64,000 nucleotides of DNA from Candidatus Aenigmatarchaeota archaeon (GCA_043824495.1 JBDRSV010000010.1:32001-96000); one strand, 5' to 3'; numbered from the stretch's first letter, positions 29,796 through 39,198 are shown. Numbers and translations are program-made. The notes: generated from the sequence alone by a model not told the origin.

Positions 29796-29993
29796 ATGAG
29801 CGAATTGAAGATGCATGGAAAACACCAAACTCAATGGGTTACTATATCCCTTGATGAATATGAGAGCATGAAGGCTACTCTCGAGATTTTATCTAGCCCT
29901 AAGGCGATGGAGAAAATTAGACGCGGTGAACAGGAAAGACTAGCTGGAAAGGGGCAGAAACTAGAAGATGTGAAGAAAGAACTTGGAATTTAG
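29796..29993 (+). CDS. Phd/YefM-like antitoxin
   Basis: ISLDEYESMKATLEILSSP...LEDVKKELGI. Confidence 0.75.
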   Translation: MSELKMHGKHQTQWVTISLDEYESMKATLEILSSPKAMEKIRRGEQERLAGKGQKLEDVKKELGI

Positions 29994-30244
29994 AAATCAT
30001 CTTTATGTAATATAGTATCTATTTGAACTAATTTCTCTTTTTCAATGATTACGTAGATGATTCTCCATCGCTTTTCAAATCTTAATTCCCACTTTCCCAC
30101 CAGAGGCCATCTTAGTGGCTTACCATAAATATCTGGATATTCCTTTAACTTTTCAATTTTCTTGAAAAATCGTCTTTGCATTTCTGCATCAAATTTCTTC
30201 AGATCCTTCTTGGCCTCTGGCATTATCTCGATATCATAACTCAT
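29990..30244 (-). CDS. RelE/ParE family toxin
   Basis: AKKDLKK...GKPL..PL.G.W.LRF...WRIIY. Confidence 0.85.
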   Translation of the reverse strand: MSYDIEIMPEAKKDLKKFDAEMQRRFFKKIEKLKEYPDIYGKPLRWPLVGKWELRFEKRWRIIYVIIEKEKLVQIDTILHKDDF

Positions 30245-30262
30245 GAAATATAATTAAATTCT

Positions 30263-30323
30263 ATACTAATAAATCGGCCGCCCTTTAAAAGACCGGACTT
30301 TGCCAACCTGCTGATGTTAAATA
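30263..30323 (+). repeat. Degenerate attC-like site ending in R' GTTAAATA (30316-30323)
   Basis: R' is the exact complement of R'' at 30981-30988; the upstream boxes are degenerate. Confidence 0.5.
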
Positions 30324-30328
30324 ACATA

Positions 30329-30883
30329 TTACTCGGCAGACCGCATTTTGAATTCAGAATCTAAAATACTCATTATCAAATCATTGTAAAACTTCCCATC
30401 TATATAGGCGTTGTCTCTGAGAATCCCATCCACCTTGAAGCCGCATTTTTTATAAGCGGCAATTGCTCTTTTATTGAAATCTAAGACAACTAAGCTGATT
30501 TTATGGAGTTTTAATTGTATAAATCCGAATTTTAGAATGCAATTAATTGCATCGGTTCCATATCCCTTTCCGAAATAGTCTTGAAGAATTCCTATTGCTA
30601 ATCTGACATTTTTATCTTGTTTATTGATTTGATGGAGACGACAACTTCCAATATATTTGTTATCTGATTTTTTGATGATAGCAAATGACAATTCCGATTT
30701 CTGAGCAATTGCCTCTTTGAATCTTTCTTTTACTTTATTTAGTGGGGTAGGTTTCCATTTCTTTGAGCCTCCACACATTATAGTGAATTCTTTGCTTTCT
30801 CTTGTCTTTGCAAAATCTTTGAAATCGGATTCATGTAACTGTCTGATATAAACATTATCCCCATTAATTTTTGGAAGTTTCAT
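30329..30883 (-). CDS. GNAT (RimJ/RimL-like) N-acetyltransferase, cassette gene in reverse orientation
   Basis: GKGYGT, LHKI.L.V...N..AI..YKKCGF..DG. Confidence 0.85.
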   Translation of the reverse strand: MKLPKINGDNVYIRQLHESDFKDFAKTRESKEFTIMCGGSKKWKPTPLNKVKERFKEAIAQKSELSFAIIKKSDNKYIGSCRLHQINKQDKNVRLAIGILQDYFGKGYGTDAINCILKFGFIQLKLHKISLVVLDFNKRAIAAYKKCGFKVDGILRDNAYIDGKFYNDLIMSILDSEFKMRSAE

Positions 30884-30980
30884 GTATTTTAGTGGATTTT
30901 AGAGGTTATATGATTAACGGTCTGCCTCCGTCATACGCTTCGTCGCTTCGCTCCTCGGTCTCAAACCAAGGTTTTCGACT

Positions 30981-31065
30981 TATTTAACAGAAGTTTAAAG
31001 GTTCCGCTACGCTGCACCCACATTTTTTCTAAAAGAAAAACGTCTTATAACCCTAACGTTAAGTG
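30981..31065 (+). repeat. attC-like site
   Basis: R'' TATTTAAC, 4-nt spacer, L'' GTTTAAAG, loop with TTTTTCT-AA-AAGAAAAA hairpin, L' CTTATAAC, 6-nt spacer, R' GTTAAGTG. Confidence 0.8.
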
Positions 31066-31087
31066 AAATTGCTACGAGCAAATTTAA

Positions 31088-31522
31088 ATGTCTATTCTCT
31101 TTACATTAATTATGGTTGATTTTATCAGAAAGAAATCCGAAAAGCCCACATTTTCACAGAAAGGGCTTGATGGATATCAATTTCTTTTAGAAAACAAGAA
31201 TGTAGAAGTATATTTCGTGGACGTGAAAATGGGGCATGATAATTACATTATTAGTAAAAAAATTACTCACATCTATTTTGTTATAGAAGGCGAAGGATTT
31301 TTCGATATAAGCGGAACTAAATTTGATGTTAAACTTGGAGATTTCATAGAAGTTCCGCCAAATAAGGAATATTGTTATTCAGGAAAAATGAAATTGTTAC
31401 TTATCATGAACCCGCCGTGGTTTGAAGGAAACGAAGAGATTACTAAGAAAAATCTTCTGTTGAATAGTTTGCCCTCCGCAACTCTCCCTTCGGTCGTCAC
31501 GGATCACTTAACAAAAGATTAA
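31088..31522 (+). CDS. Cupin domain protein (cassette gene)
   Basis: H.YFVIEGEG...GD.IEVPP...Y; the ORF reads into the attC-like site. Confidence 0.75.
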   Translation: MSILFTLIMVDFIRKKSEKPTFSQKGLDGYQFLLENKNVEVYFVDVKMGHDNYIISKKITHIYFVIEGEGFFDISGTKFDVKLGDFIEVPPNKEYCYSGKMKLLLIMNPPWFEGNEEITKKNLLLNSLPSATLPSVVTDHLTKD

Positions 31523-31585
31523 GACACTCACTACGTTCGTCCTAATTTCCTAAAGGAAACTAGTCTTAACCTCGAATGTTATAAG
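31505..31585 (+). repeat. attC-like site
   Basis: R'' CACTTAAC (complement of 31058-31065), L'' GATTAAGAC with one extrahelical base versus L' GTCTTAAC, TTTCCT-AA-AGGAAA hairpin, R' GTTATAAG. Confidence 0.85.
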
Positions 31586-31631
31586 AAATCGTTGGTTAAA
31601 GGAGATCGCCGCCATTTGGCTTCGCCAAAGA
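31578..31631 (+). repeat. Cassette leader repeat, copy 2 (54 nt)
   Basis: Identical to 27729-27792 apart from the 10-nt indel. Confidence 0.85.
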
Positions 31632-31669
31632 GGTTTAATATAAATATGAATTAAAACAAAGTTTAATTT

Positions 31670-32977
31670 ATGAGTTGGAAATACAAAGTGCTTCAGCATA
31701 AGAATTTACTCTCCGTTCTTATGATAGTAGCGGTTGTTGTGATCAGTGGATGTACAACTCAACTCGAACCTACACCAACACCAGAACCAATTCCTACTCC
31801 AGAACCGGCACCTGAACCAGAAATTATAAATCAAAAACAAGTTACTTTAGCAAATGGAGTTATTGAAGCAAATAGCCTATTTGCATCAGATATTTATGAT
31901 AAATACAAATCAGAAGATGGAAATCTATTTTTCTCACCTTATAGTATTTCATCTGCACTGTCAATGACTTATGAGGGAGCAAAAGGACAAACAGCAGAAG
32001 AAATACAGGCGGTCTTACATTTGCCTGATGATAAAAACAAAATACGTACTGATTTTAAGAGTATTAACAATGAACTTAATAAAGCAGACAAAACCTATAA
32101 ACTAACTACCGCAAATGCTTTATGGGCTGAAGAAGACTATGTTTTTGTTGATGAATATTTTAATGTTGTTGATGAATATTATGATGGAGAGGTAAATAAT
32201 CTTGATTTTAAAACAGAAACAGAAAATTCTCGTGTTGCAATTAATGACTGGGTTGAGGATAAAACTAATGATAAGATAAAAGACCTTATTCCAGCAGGAA
32301 CGCTTAATAGTGCTACAAGATTAGTTCTAATAAATGCCATCTACTTTAAAGCTAATTGGTCAAGTCAATTTGATGCAAGAGATACTTGGGACGGAAAATT
32401 TAAATTGAGCTCCGATCAAAGTGTTGATGCTAGAATGATGTATCAAACTAGCAATTATAGCTATGGTGAAACAGATAACCTTCAAATATTGGAAATGGGT
32501 TATCTTGGAAATGATCTTTCGATGTTAATAATTCTCCCAAAAGAAAATAATATAACTCAAATAGAAAATAATTTTAGTATAGAAAAACTTGAAGACTGGA
32601 AGAATGATATGCAAACCGAAAAAGTAAGAGTTGCATTACCAAAATTTAAGTTTGAAACAAAATATTTTTTAACTGAATATTTAAAAGAAATGGGAATGCC
32701 TTCTGCTTTCAAATATCCTGATGCTGATTTTACTGGAATGAGTCCTACTGATGAATTATTTATTAGTCAGGTGATACACCAAACTTTTATAGAAGTTGCT
32801 GAATATGGGACTGAGGCAGCTGCTGCAACATCAGTATTTGTGGGAGCTGGAAGCGCTGGTCCAACAGAAGAACCCAAGTATTTCACAGCAGACCATCCAT
32901 TTATATTTATAATCCAGCAGAAGGATTCCGGGAATATTTTATTCATGGGAAGAATGAGTGATCCAACTCAAGAATAA
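31670..32977 (+). CDS. Serpin with lipoprotein-type signal and Pro-rich linker
   Basis: VVISGC, PEP repeats, FFSPYSIS, hinge EYGTEAAAAT, F.ADHPFIFII...ILFMGR. Confidence 0.93.
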   Translation: MSWKYKVLQHKNLLSVLMIVAVVVISGCTTQLEPTPTPEPIPTPEPAPEPEIINQKQVTLANGVIEANSLFASDIYDKYKSEDGNLFFSPYSISSALSMTYEGAKGQTAEEIQAVLHLPDDKNKIRTDFKSINNELNKADKTYKLTTANALWAEEDYVFVDEYFNVVDEYYDGEVNNLDFKTETENSRVAINDWVEDKTNDKIKDLIPAGTLNSATRLVLINAIYFKANWSSQFDARDTWDGKFKLSSDQSVDARMMYQTSNYSYGETDNLQILEMGYLGNDLSMLIILPKENNITQIENNFSIEKLEDWKNDMQTEKVRVALPKFKFETKYFLTEYLKEMGMPSAFKYPDADFTGMSPTDELFISQVIHQTFIEVAEYGTEAAAATSVFVGAGSAGPTEEPKYFTADHPFIFIIQQKDSGNILFMGRMSDPTQE

Positions 32978-33072
32978 AATTCCCACTTCAAAATATTATT
33001 TTCTTTTTATAAAAAAAGAAATAAGAGAGACTAAGATAAACCCTAAAAAACAAAAATAGTTAGAAAGAATGT

Positions 33073-33390
33073 ATGAACAAAAAAGTCACAGAGTATATAG
33101 ACAAACAAAAATCTCCACAGAAGGAAATATGCAAGAAAGTGAGAAAGATAATTCTTAAGACACTTCCTGGAGTTAAAGAGGAAATGAAGTGGGGAGTTCC
33201 TGTATATGCTAGTGGTAAATATTATATTGGCTCACTTAAGGATCATGTTAATATCGGGGTTGCAATCAAAGGATTATCTAAAGAAGAGATATCTCTTTTT
33301 GAGGGGAATGGAAAAACAATGAGATACATTAAGATTTTTTCTTTGAAAGAATTGAATGAGAAGAAGATTGTGAATCTCTTGAATCTTTAA
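33073..33390 (+). CDS. DUF1801 (YdhG-like) protein
   Basis: EEMKWGVPVY...K.HVN.G...GK.MR.IK. Confidence 0.75.
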   Translation: MNKKVTEYIDKQKSPQKEICKKVRKIILKTLPGVKEEMKWGVPVYASGKYYIGSLKDHVNIGVAIKGLSKEEISLFEGNGKTMRYIKIFSLKELNEKKIVNLLNL

Positions 33391-33403
33391 TTGTTATAAT
33401 AAA

Positions 33404-33952
33404 TCAATCCTTGCTCTGTCCGTGTGTTTCTCTCATTCTTAGTAATATGTTTTTTTCTAGTTTTCTTATTTTCTGAAAGTTCTGAAGAACAATAGCATGA
33501 TGACCTCGGACATCACCAAGATTTATATCGCCTGTCCCACTGAAGTGTTGTGTTATTGACTGTTGAGCTCCTGGAACACCGATTTCAAGATTTCCATAAC
33601 CAAACATTCTTTGTAAAACACTTTGTCTTATATTAACATCTGTGATACTCTTGTAATTAATTCTTGTTGTATTTTTCGAAAAAATTCCTTTGTTGAAAAT
33701 TATATTATATTCTTCTAATTTTATTTTTGTTGATCTCATTCCAACTTCAAGAATAGTTAAACCAAGTAAACCGATAATTATTCCTATTGGGTATAGAATA
33801 GGCAAAAATTCAGAAATGAATGGGACTGGATAATTCGTGATGATAAGAGCTATAGTTCCAAAGAGAATTATTAGAAATAATATGTATTTTGCAATGTAGC
33901 CAATTCTAGATACATGGTAAGAGGTTGATTCTGTTTCTTTAGATTTCCCCAT
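33404..33952 (-). CDS. Membrane protein with bacterial PH (bPH_2) domain
   Basis: Two TM segments; I.Y..ITDV.I.QS.LQRMFGYGNL.I. Confidence 0.7.
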   Translation of the reverse strand: MGKSKETESTSYHVSRIGYIAKYILFLIILFGTIALIITNYPVPFISEFLPILYPIGIIIGLLGLTILEVGMRSTKIKLEEYNIIFNKGIFSKNTTRINYKSITDVNIRQSVLQRMFGYGNLEIGVPGAQQSITQHFSGTGDINLGDVRGHHAIVLQNFQKIRKLEKNILLRMRETHGQSKD

Positions 33953-34060
33953 ACAATTTAATTATATTTTATCCGTTAAATAGTCTTTTACATTAACCAG
34001 CTTGACTGATTTAACTTCTTAGAGTGAAACTAATTAAACGTTTGATAGCAAATCTAAATT

Positions 34061-34453
34061 ATGGGAAGAATTTTGATTGTAGATACGATAATCGAGAAAG
34101 ATGGTAAAATATTGATGCTTAGGAGAAATTTTGAACCTGGTAAAGGTAAGTTAGATTTATTGGGAGGATTTGTAGAAAGTAATGAAACTATCGAAAAAGC
34201 AGCTGTACGAGAAGCAAAAGAGGAATCTGGTTTTGATGTGGAGTTAATCGAAAAGCTAGCAGAACTTAATTATTTTGAAAGAGATGAAAAAACAACTCAT
34301 GCGTTTATAGGAAAAATTATAGGCGGTAAATTAAGAGCGTCGGAAGAAGGCGAACCTTTATGGATAAGTTTTGATGATTTGAAAGCAGAAGACATTGCAT
34401 TTCCTATGATAGGGAAATTGCTTGATATCTATAAGAAATATAGAGAAGCGTGA
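34061..34453 (+). CDS. NUDIX hydrolase
   Basis: GGFVESNETIEKAAVREAKEESG. Confidence 0.9.
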   Translation: MGRILIVDTIIEKDGKILMLRRNFEPGKGKLDLLGGFVESNETIEKAAVREAKEESGFDVELIEKLAELNYFERDEKTTHAFIGKIIGGKLRASEEGEPLWISFDDLKAEDIAFPMIGKLLDIYKKYREA

Positions 34454-34479
34454 AACTTTTTAAGACTTCTTGATGAATT

Positions 34480-35538
34480 ATGTGTATGGAAATTAGAGAT
34501 ATCAAGATCATTGGAGCAGGTCCAGGCGGTCTGATAACTGGACTTAAATTACTAGAAGCTGGGTTCGAACCAACAATAATAGAGAAGCAAGAAGGAATAC
34601 ACACCACTTTGTGTGGTGAAGGTTTGTCAGCTGATACTTTATCTCGTGTACCTTTCAGGGATTGGTCTGAATATGCACCACAAAAATTCGATAAAGCTAC
34701 ATTCTTATTCCCAGGTGGATACAGTGCTTACGTCAATAAAGAGTGCTATACAATGGATAGAGTTTCTTGGTTCAGTGCAATGGCAAAGGAATTTGAAAAA
34801 AGAGGTGGCACACTAGAACTTGGAAGAAAAATAGACAATGTGAAAGACCTAGAGTATGATCTACTTATAGGAGCAGACGGTCCTCTATCAGTTGTTGCTA
34901 GACATGTAGGAAATAAAATGCAACACATTCCTGGTGTTCAGTGTAGAATAAAACATGATTATGAATTTGATGGAATGGAATTCCATTTAGACAAAAGATA
35001 CTCAGAAGAATACGCATGGATTTTTGCTAAAGGTGATGTTTTCAATGTTGGTGTTCTTGGAAGCATGAAGCAGCTCGATGCTTTCATGAAAGATAAGGGA
35101 TTGGATGACGGGGAACTTGTGGATAGACTAGGTTACAATGTTCCTTTCTTTGGAACAAAAATCCAAGAAGGAAATATAATTCTTACAGGAGATGCTGCGG
35201 GCATAACAAATCCATTAACAAAAGGTGGCATGGCTGCTATTGTAAATGTTGCTGATATTATTGTAAAATGTCTGAAAGAAGAAAAAATAAATGAGTATCA
35301 GCAACGAGTTTTCTCACATCCTGTTATGGCTCCTGAATATAAACTAGCTTTGAAATACTTCATGGAACTAGATAACAAAAAATTGGAAATGGCAGGAAAA
35401 ATGATAAATGGAAAGGATCTAGGAAATTTAGATAAAAGAACAAGATTGAAACTAGGCCTCGCCGCTGCAATAATTGCGCCACATAAGCTAAAAGTTCTAA
35501 TGAAAGCAACTAGATACGCACACGAATATTCTTGGTAA
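34480..35538 (+). CDS. Geranylgeranyl reductase-family FAD oxidoreductase
   Basis: IIGAGPGG, CGEG, IGADG, YAWIF.KG...NVG, GDAAG..NP.T..G. Confidence 0.85.
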   Translation: MCMEIRDIKIIGAGPGGLITGLKLLEAGFEPTIIEKQEGIHTTLCGEGLSADTLSRVPFRDWSEYAPQKFDKATFLFPGGYSAYVNKECYTMDRVSWFSAMAKEFEKRGGTLELGRKIDNVKDLEYDLLIGADGPLSVVARHVGNKMQHIPGVQCRIKHDYEFDGMEFHLDKRYSEEYAWIFAKGDVFNVGVLGSMKQLDAFMKDKGLDDGELVDRLGYNVPFFGTKIQEGNIILTGDAAGITNPLTKGGMAAIVNVADIIVKCLKEEKINEYQQRVFSHPVMAPEYKLALKYFMELDNKKLEMAGKMINGKDLGNLDKRTRLKLGLAAAIIAPHKLKVLMKATRYAHEYSW

Positions 35539-35583
35539 TTTGCAATATATAAGCGGGTTAAAACAATATTTAACTAGATAATC

Positions 35584-36006
35584 ATGTATGAGCTAAAAAG
35601 AGTTGGCGTAGTATCTGTGGGTAAAATATTTGCTTTTATAGGTTTAATTTTGGGTATAATTAACGCCGTACTAATAGGTATAATATTAGTGGCTGCGGGA
35701 GAAGCTCTCGGTAGTCTTAGTGCATTATCATTGTTAACTGGAGGATCTGATCCAATATCATTATTCTTAGCAATGGGAATGGGAGCTGTTATAGTAGTGC
35801 CTATACTGTACGCTATCTCAGGTTTTATTGGAGGGGTAATAGTAGCATTTTTTTACAATCTTGCTGCCGGTAAAATCGGCGGAATAGAAATGGATTTACA
35901 AAACGCAGGATCTAATGTACAAAGAGTTCAAAGAGAAGAAAAGTACCAACAGCCTCCACCTCCAGATAGATATCCACAAGATAAGTACCCAAGAAGATAT
36001 TACTGA
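35584..36006 (+). CDS. DUF3566-like membrane protein
   Basis: LKRVGV.S..K...FYNLAAGKIGGIE. Confidence 0.6.
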   Translation: MYELKRVGVVSVGKIFAFIGLILGIINAVLIGIILVAAGEALGSLSALSLLTGGSDPISLFLAMGMGAVIVVPILYAISGFIGGVIVAFFYNLAAGKIGGIEMDLQNAGSNVQRVQREEKYQQPPPPDRYPQDKYPRRYY

Positions 36007-37741
36007 TATTCATCTAGAAGTTCTCTTTCATCTGGTGTTAATTTACTTTCTATTTTCTTTAGTTTTTCTACATCTTCGTGAGAAAGGAAAACATTGAGAA
36101 CATCGCCTTCTATTATTTCTTTACCTATTGTAACTCCTTGCATAGAAACAGCTACTTTGTCTCCCATTTTTACTTTAGAGATATTATCTCCTCTAAGTTG
36201 AAGTTCTTTTATTTCGCCTACAATATCATTTCCTTTTTTGAGTCTATAGGCTGATTTTAGAGTTCCTTTCAAAACTTCAACACCGAAAATAGCGGGCTTG
36301 CTTGCCCTGAAAACATAACCAGGTAGAACTCTTACTCTTCCAGGCCTTGTTATACTTTCTAATATTCTAGCTTCTTTTCTGGCTCTTTCATCCTTTTTCC
36401 ACTTTTCATAATCTTCTACGAGCCTGTAAATGACATCGGAATGGAATACAGATATATTGTTGTCTTGGGCCATTTTCAAAATATTAGAATCAATTTTGAT
36501 ATTGAAACCAAAAATAACAGGATCTTTCAAAACTCTCATTTCCATTATATCAGATTTTGTGATGTTTCCTACAACAGCTTTTCTTATAGGGACATTTTTA
36601 TCTTTCAGTGTTTTAATCAAAGCCTCTAATCCTCCGAGTGTATCAGTTTTCAGAAGAGTTCCTTCATTCTGTGTTTCAATTTCAACCTCTTCGACTTCTG
36701 CCCTTAGTTCTTCAATAGCTTGGTCTATATCGGATTCGTTTGCAACAGCCCTCAAAGGTGAACCAGGTATAACGTCTTCTAAATCAGAAGCGGCTATTTT
36801 TATTCCAGCAGCAGCAGATACGGTATCGACATTAACAAAATTACTATTTTTTAATTCTTTCAAAATCTCAGGTTCTAATAAAGCCTTGACTTTGGTTTTT
36901 ATTATTTTGTTTCCACCAATAATTATACAGTCTCCTCTTTTGATATCTCCGTCATATAGGATAACATCTATTGTTGTTCCCAAACCACGAAAATTTTTTA
37001 CTTCAAGAACAGTTCCTTTACCTTCTCCATTAGTTAAGATAAGTCCTCTTTTTAGAAATTTCTGGGAAATACCACTTAGTGTCATAAGCAGTTCAGGAAG
37101 TCCTTCTCCGGTGTGAGCGCAAATTGGAACAACAGCTATTTGTTTTGAGAAATCTGATATCCTGTCTATTCTCTCAGCTTCAAATCCCCTAACACCCAAC
37201 TGTCCAATTATTTTATATATTTTTTCTTCTAGAGCATCTTGAACTCTTTCTGATTGACAATTGTAAGTAACAGTAAATGGCTTATCTTTTTGTGGCATCC
37301 AACCAGCAATTCTATCAAGTTTTGTGATGGCTACCATGAAAGGAGTTTTGAATTGTTTTAAGTAATTCAGACTCTCTTCAGTTTGTGGTTGAAATCCTTC
37401 CATCACATCAATAACAAGAATGGCCAAATCAGCAATAGCTCCGCCTCTTTTTCTAAGAGTTGTAAAAGCTTCATGTCCTGGTGTGTCAACAAACAATAAG
37501 CCAGGAATGGTTAACTTAATGTTCATCTTCTCCAACAAATTACCAGCAATTTTTTTAATTAGTTCTGTAGGAACTTTAGTTGCTCCTATTGTTTGTGTGA
37601 TGGCTCCTGCCTCCCCTTTTACTACAGAGGTTCCCCTAATTTTATCCAGTAAACTGGTTTTACCGTGATCTACGTTTTCGGTTGAGATAATACTCAATGT
37701 CCGACTACGACCACGATAGGTGATCTGAGTTTTTCAATCAT
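36000..37741 (-). CDS. infB: Translation initiation factor aIF5B/IF2, interrupted by a 23-nt BHB intron (37676-37698)
   Basis: Exon 1 MIEKLRSPIVVVVGH plus exon 2 gives GHVDHGKT after splicing. DTPGHEAF, TKLD and other motifs are present. Confidence 0.93.
37676..37698 (-). other. Archaeal BHB intron in infB pre-mRNA
   Basis: Helix TCGG/CCGA, bulges ACA and AAA, intron stem TTGAG/CTCAA. The unspliced frame hits TGA. Confidence 0.88.
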
Positions 37742-39084
37742 ACTCGTTTTAGACTTTTATAAAAATCAAGTTCCTCCTTTCCTTTATTTGTAAACGAATA
37801 AATTTTTTGTCTATAGTGGTTTTTATCAATTTTAGCTTTTAAATAGTTCTCTTCTTCGAGTCTCGTTAAGAACATTCTTGTGGTTATTTGGGAAAGCCTT
37901 AAAAATTTTGCAGATCCTAAACTTGTATTAAATCCGTTGTTAACAGAATCTAAATATTTGTAAAGATAAACTTTCTTATTATTAAAAATGTTTCTTACTA
38001 ATTTATTTTTCCTTTTCTGATGAGTTATGCAACCTAATTTAAGTAATTTTATAAAATTACTTCTATTTGTTATTCTCACTGACCAATATCCCTTTTTACC
38101 CGTAATATAGTACATTTTACTTGTTCTTATTCCTATAATTTTGCATATATTCTTGAAGAATAATGCATTCTCTCTACTTTCTGTAGAAAAATTTACTTCT
38201 TTATGAGAAACACCAATATCACCTCTTGACAATCCTCTGAAGGTCTCTATTGAAAATTGTTTTGAACTAAGTGTCAAGTTCATACAATATTCCATAATGT
38301 AATAGAAAACCTCAGCCAACGTAGAGTTATGGATATTAAGAATACACACACCGTGTGATGCAGATACTCTAGAGTTCTTAATTATTTTTATATTGTCTTT
38401 TAATAGTCCAAACTCTGACCAATATTCTTCAAGATTTCGAATCGTATTTTGATCTTTTTCAGGAAATAGTATTTGCACTTTCCATAAATCCTTTTTTATA
38501 CCTAAAATAGATTCAGCGGCTTTGACGAACCAAGCTATCTGAGATCCATCTGCATTAGAAAATGAAAATCTATCTAAATGCTTCCCTTTTTTTCTACTCT
38601 TAAAGCCTTCACAAAAATAAGCTCCAAAGAGCTCCAGTAAGCTATAATTCCCTTTTCTAATAGGTATGAGTTTTGGCAATTCAAATGCATTATTCCCCTT
38701 AGAGTAAATCCATAAAAGAAGTCTATTGTTTTCTAATTCAAATTTATGAAGAGGGTATCCTCTGATTGTTTCTCTTGGTATTATATTGAGTAGATTTGCA
38801 TAACCCTCTTTTTTTACGCTGTTTCTCTCTTTTGGAATACTTATTATATTAAAATAGATATTTTGTGGTGTCTTAATATTATTTGCAAGATGAATAGGCA
38901 CTGTAAATCTCACATCTTTTGTTGTTTTTAGCACAGCGGGAAATGTGGCATCTTTAATTTTTATTAGGGCTGGTTGAACATCATTTAATTTAAACTGTCC
39001 TATTGAAGATTTTTTAGTTACAATAATGTAGCTAGATTGATTATGTCTGCCTTTGCTCTGTTCATAAATTCTTCCCTTTAACAT
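37738..39084 (-). CDS. Free-standing LAGLIDADG-like endonuclease with C-terminal wHTH
   Basis: LLELFGAYFCEG...FSFSNAD and TFRGLSRGDIGV helices; its stop overlaps the infB ATG. Confidence 0.65.
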   Translation of the reverse strand: MLKGRIYEQSKGRHNQSSYIIVTKKSSIGQFKLNDVQPALIKIKDATFPAVLKTTKDVRFTVPIHLANNIKTPQNIYFNIISIPKERNSVKKEGYANLLNIIPRETIRGYPLHKFELENNRLLLWIYSKGNNAFELPKLIPIRKGNYSLLELFGAYFCEGFKSRKKGKHLDRFSFSNADGSQIAWFVKAAESILGIKKDLWKVQILFPEKDQNTIRNLEEYWSEFGLLKDNIKIIKNSRVSASHGVCILNIHNSTLAEVFYYIMEYCMNLTLSSKQFSIETFRGLSRGDIGVSHKEVNFSTESRENALFFKNICKIIGIRTSKMYYITGKKGYWSVRITNRSNFIKLLKLGCITHQKRKNKLVRNIFNNKKVYLYKYLDSVNNGFNTSLGSAKFLRLSQITTRMFLTRLEEENYLKAKIDKNHYRQKIYSFTNKGKEELDFYKSLKRV

Positions 39085-39198
39085 TTCTTCAACCTCACTA
39101 TTTTTATTATATTATCGTTCATTAAAAACATCTTTTCTCCATTTAATTTTCCGTTTGTTTGCATATAAACCAAACGGTAGTGGCATGCCAGTATACCA

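Noticed and set aside
32978-33403. Further attC site closing the serpin cassette
   Set aside because: No CTTATAAC-type R'' box was found. GTTATAAT at 33393 has no partner boxes.
36000-37697. ORF-track start MSIISTENVDHGKT for IF2
   Set aside because: This start lies inside the 23-nt intron. The real N-terminus (RSPIVVVVGH) is upstream in another frame.
37738-39084. Intein in infB
   Set aside because: The nuclease ORF has its own start and stop outside the infB frame and lacks intein terminal motifs (C1, HN).
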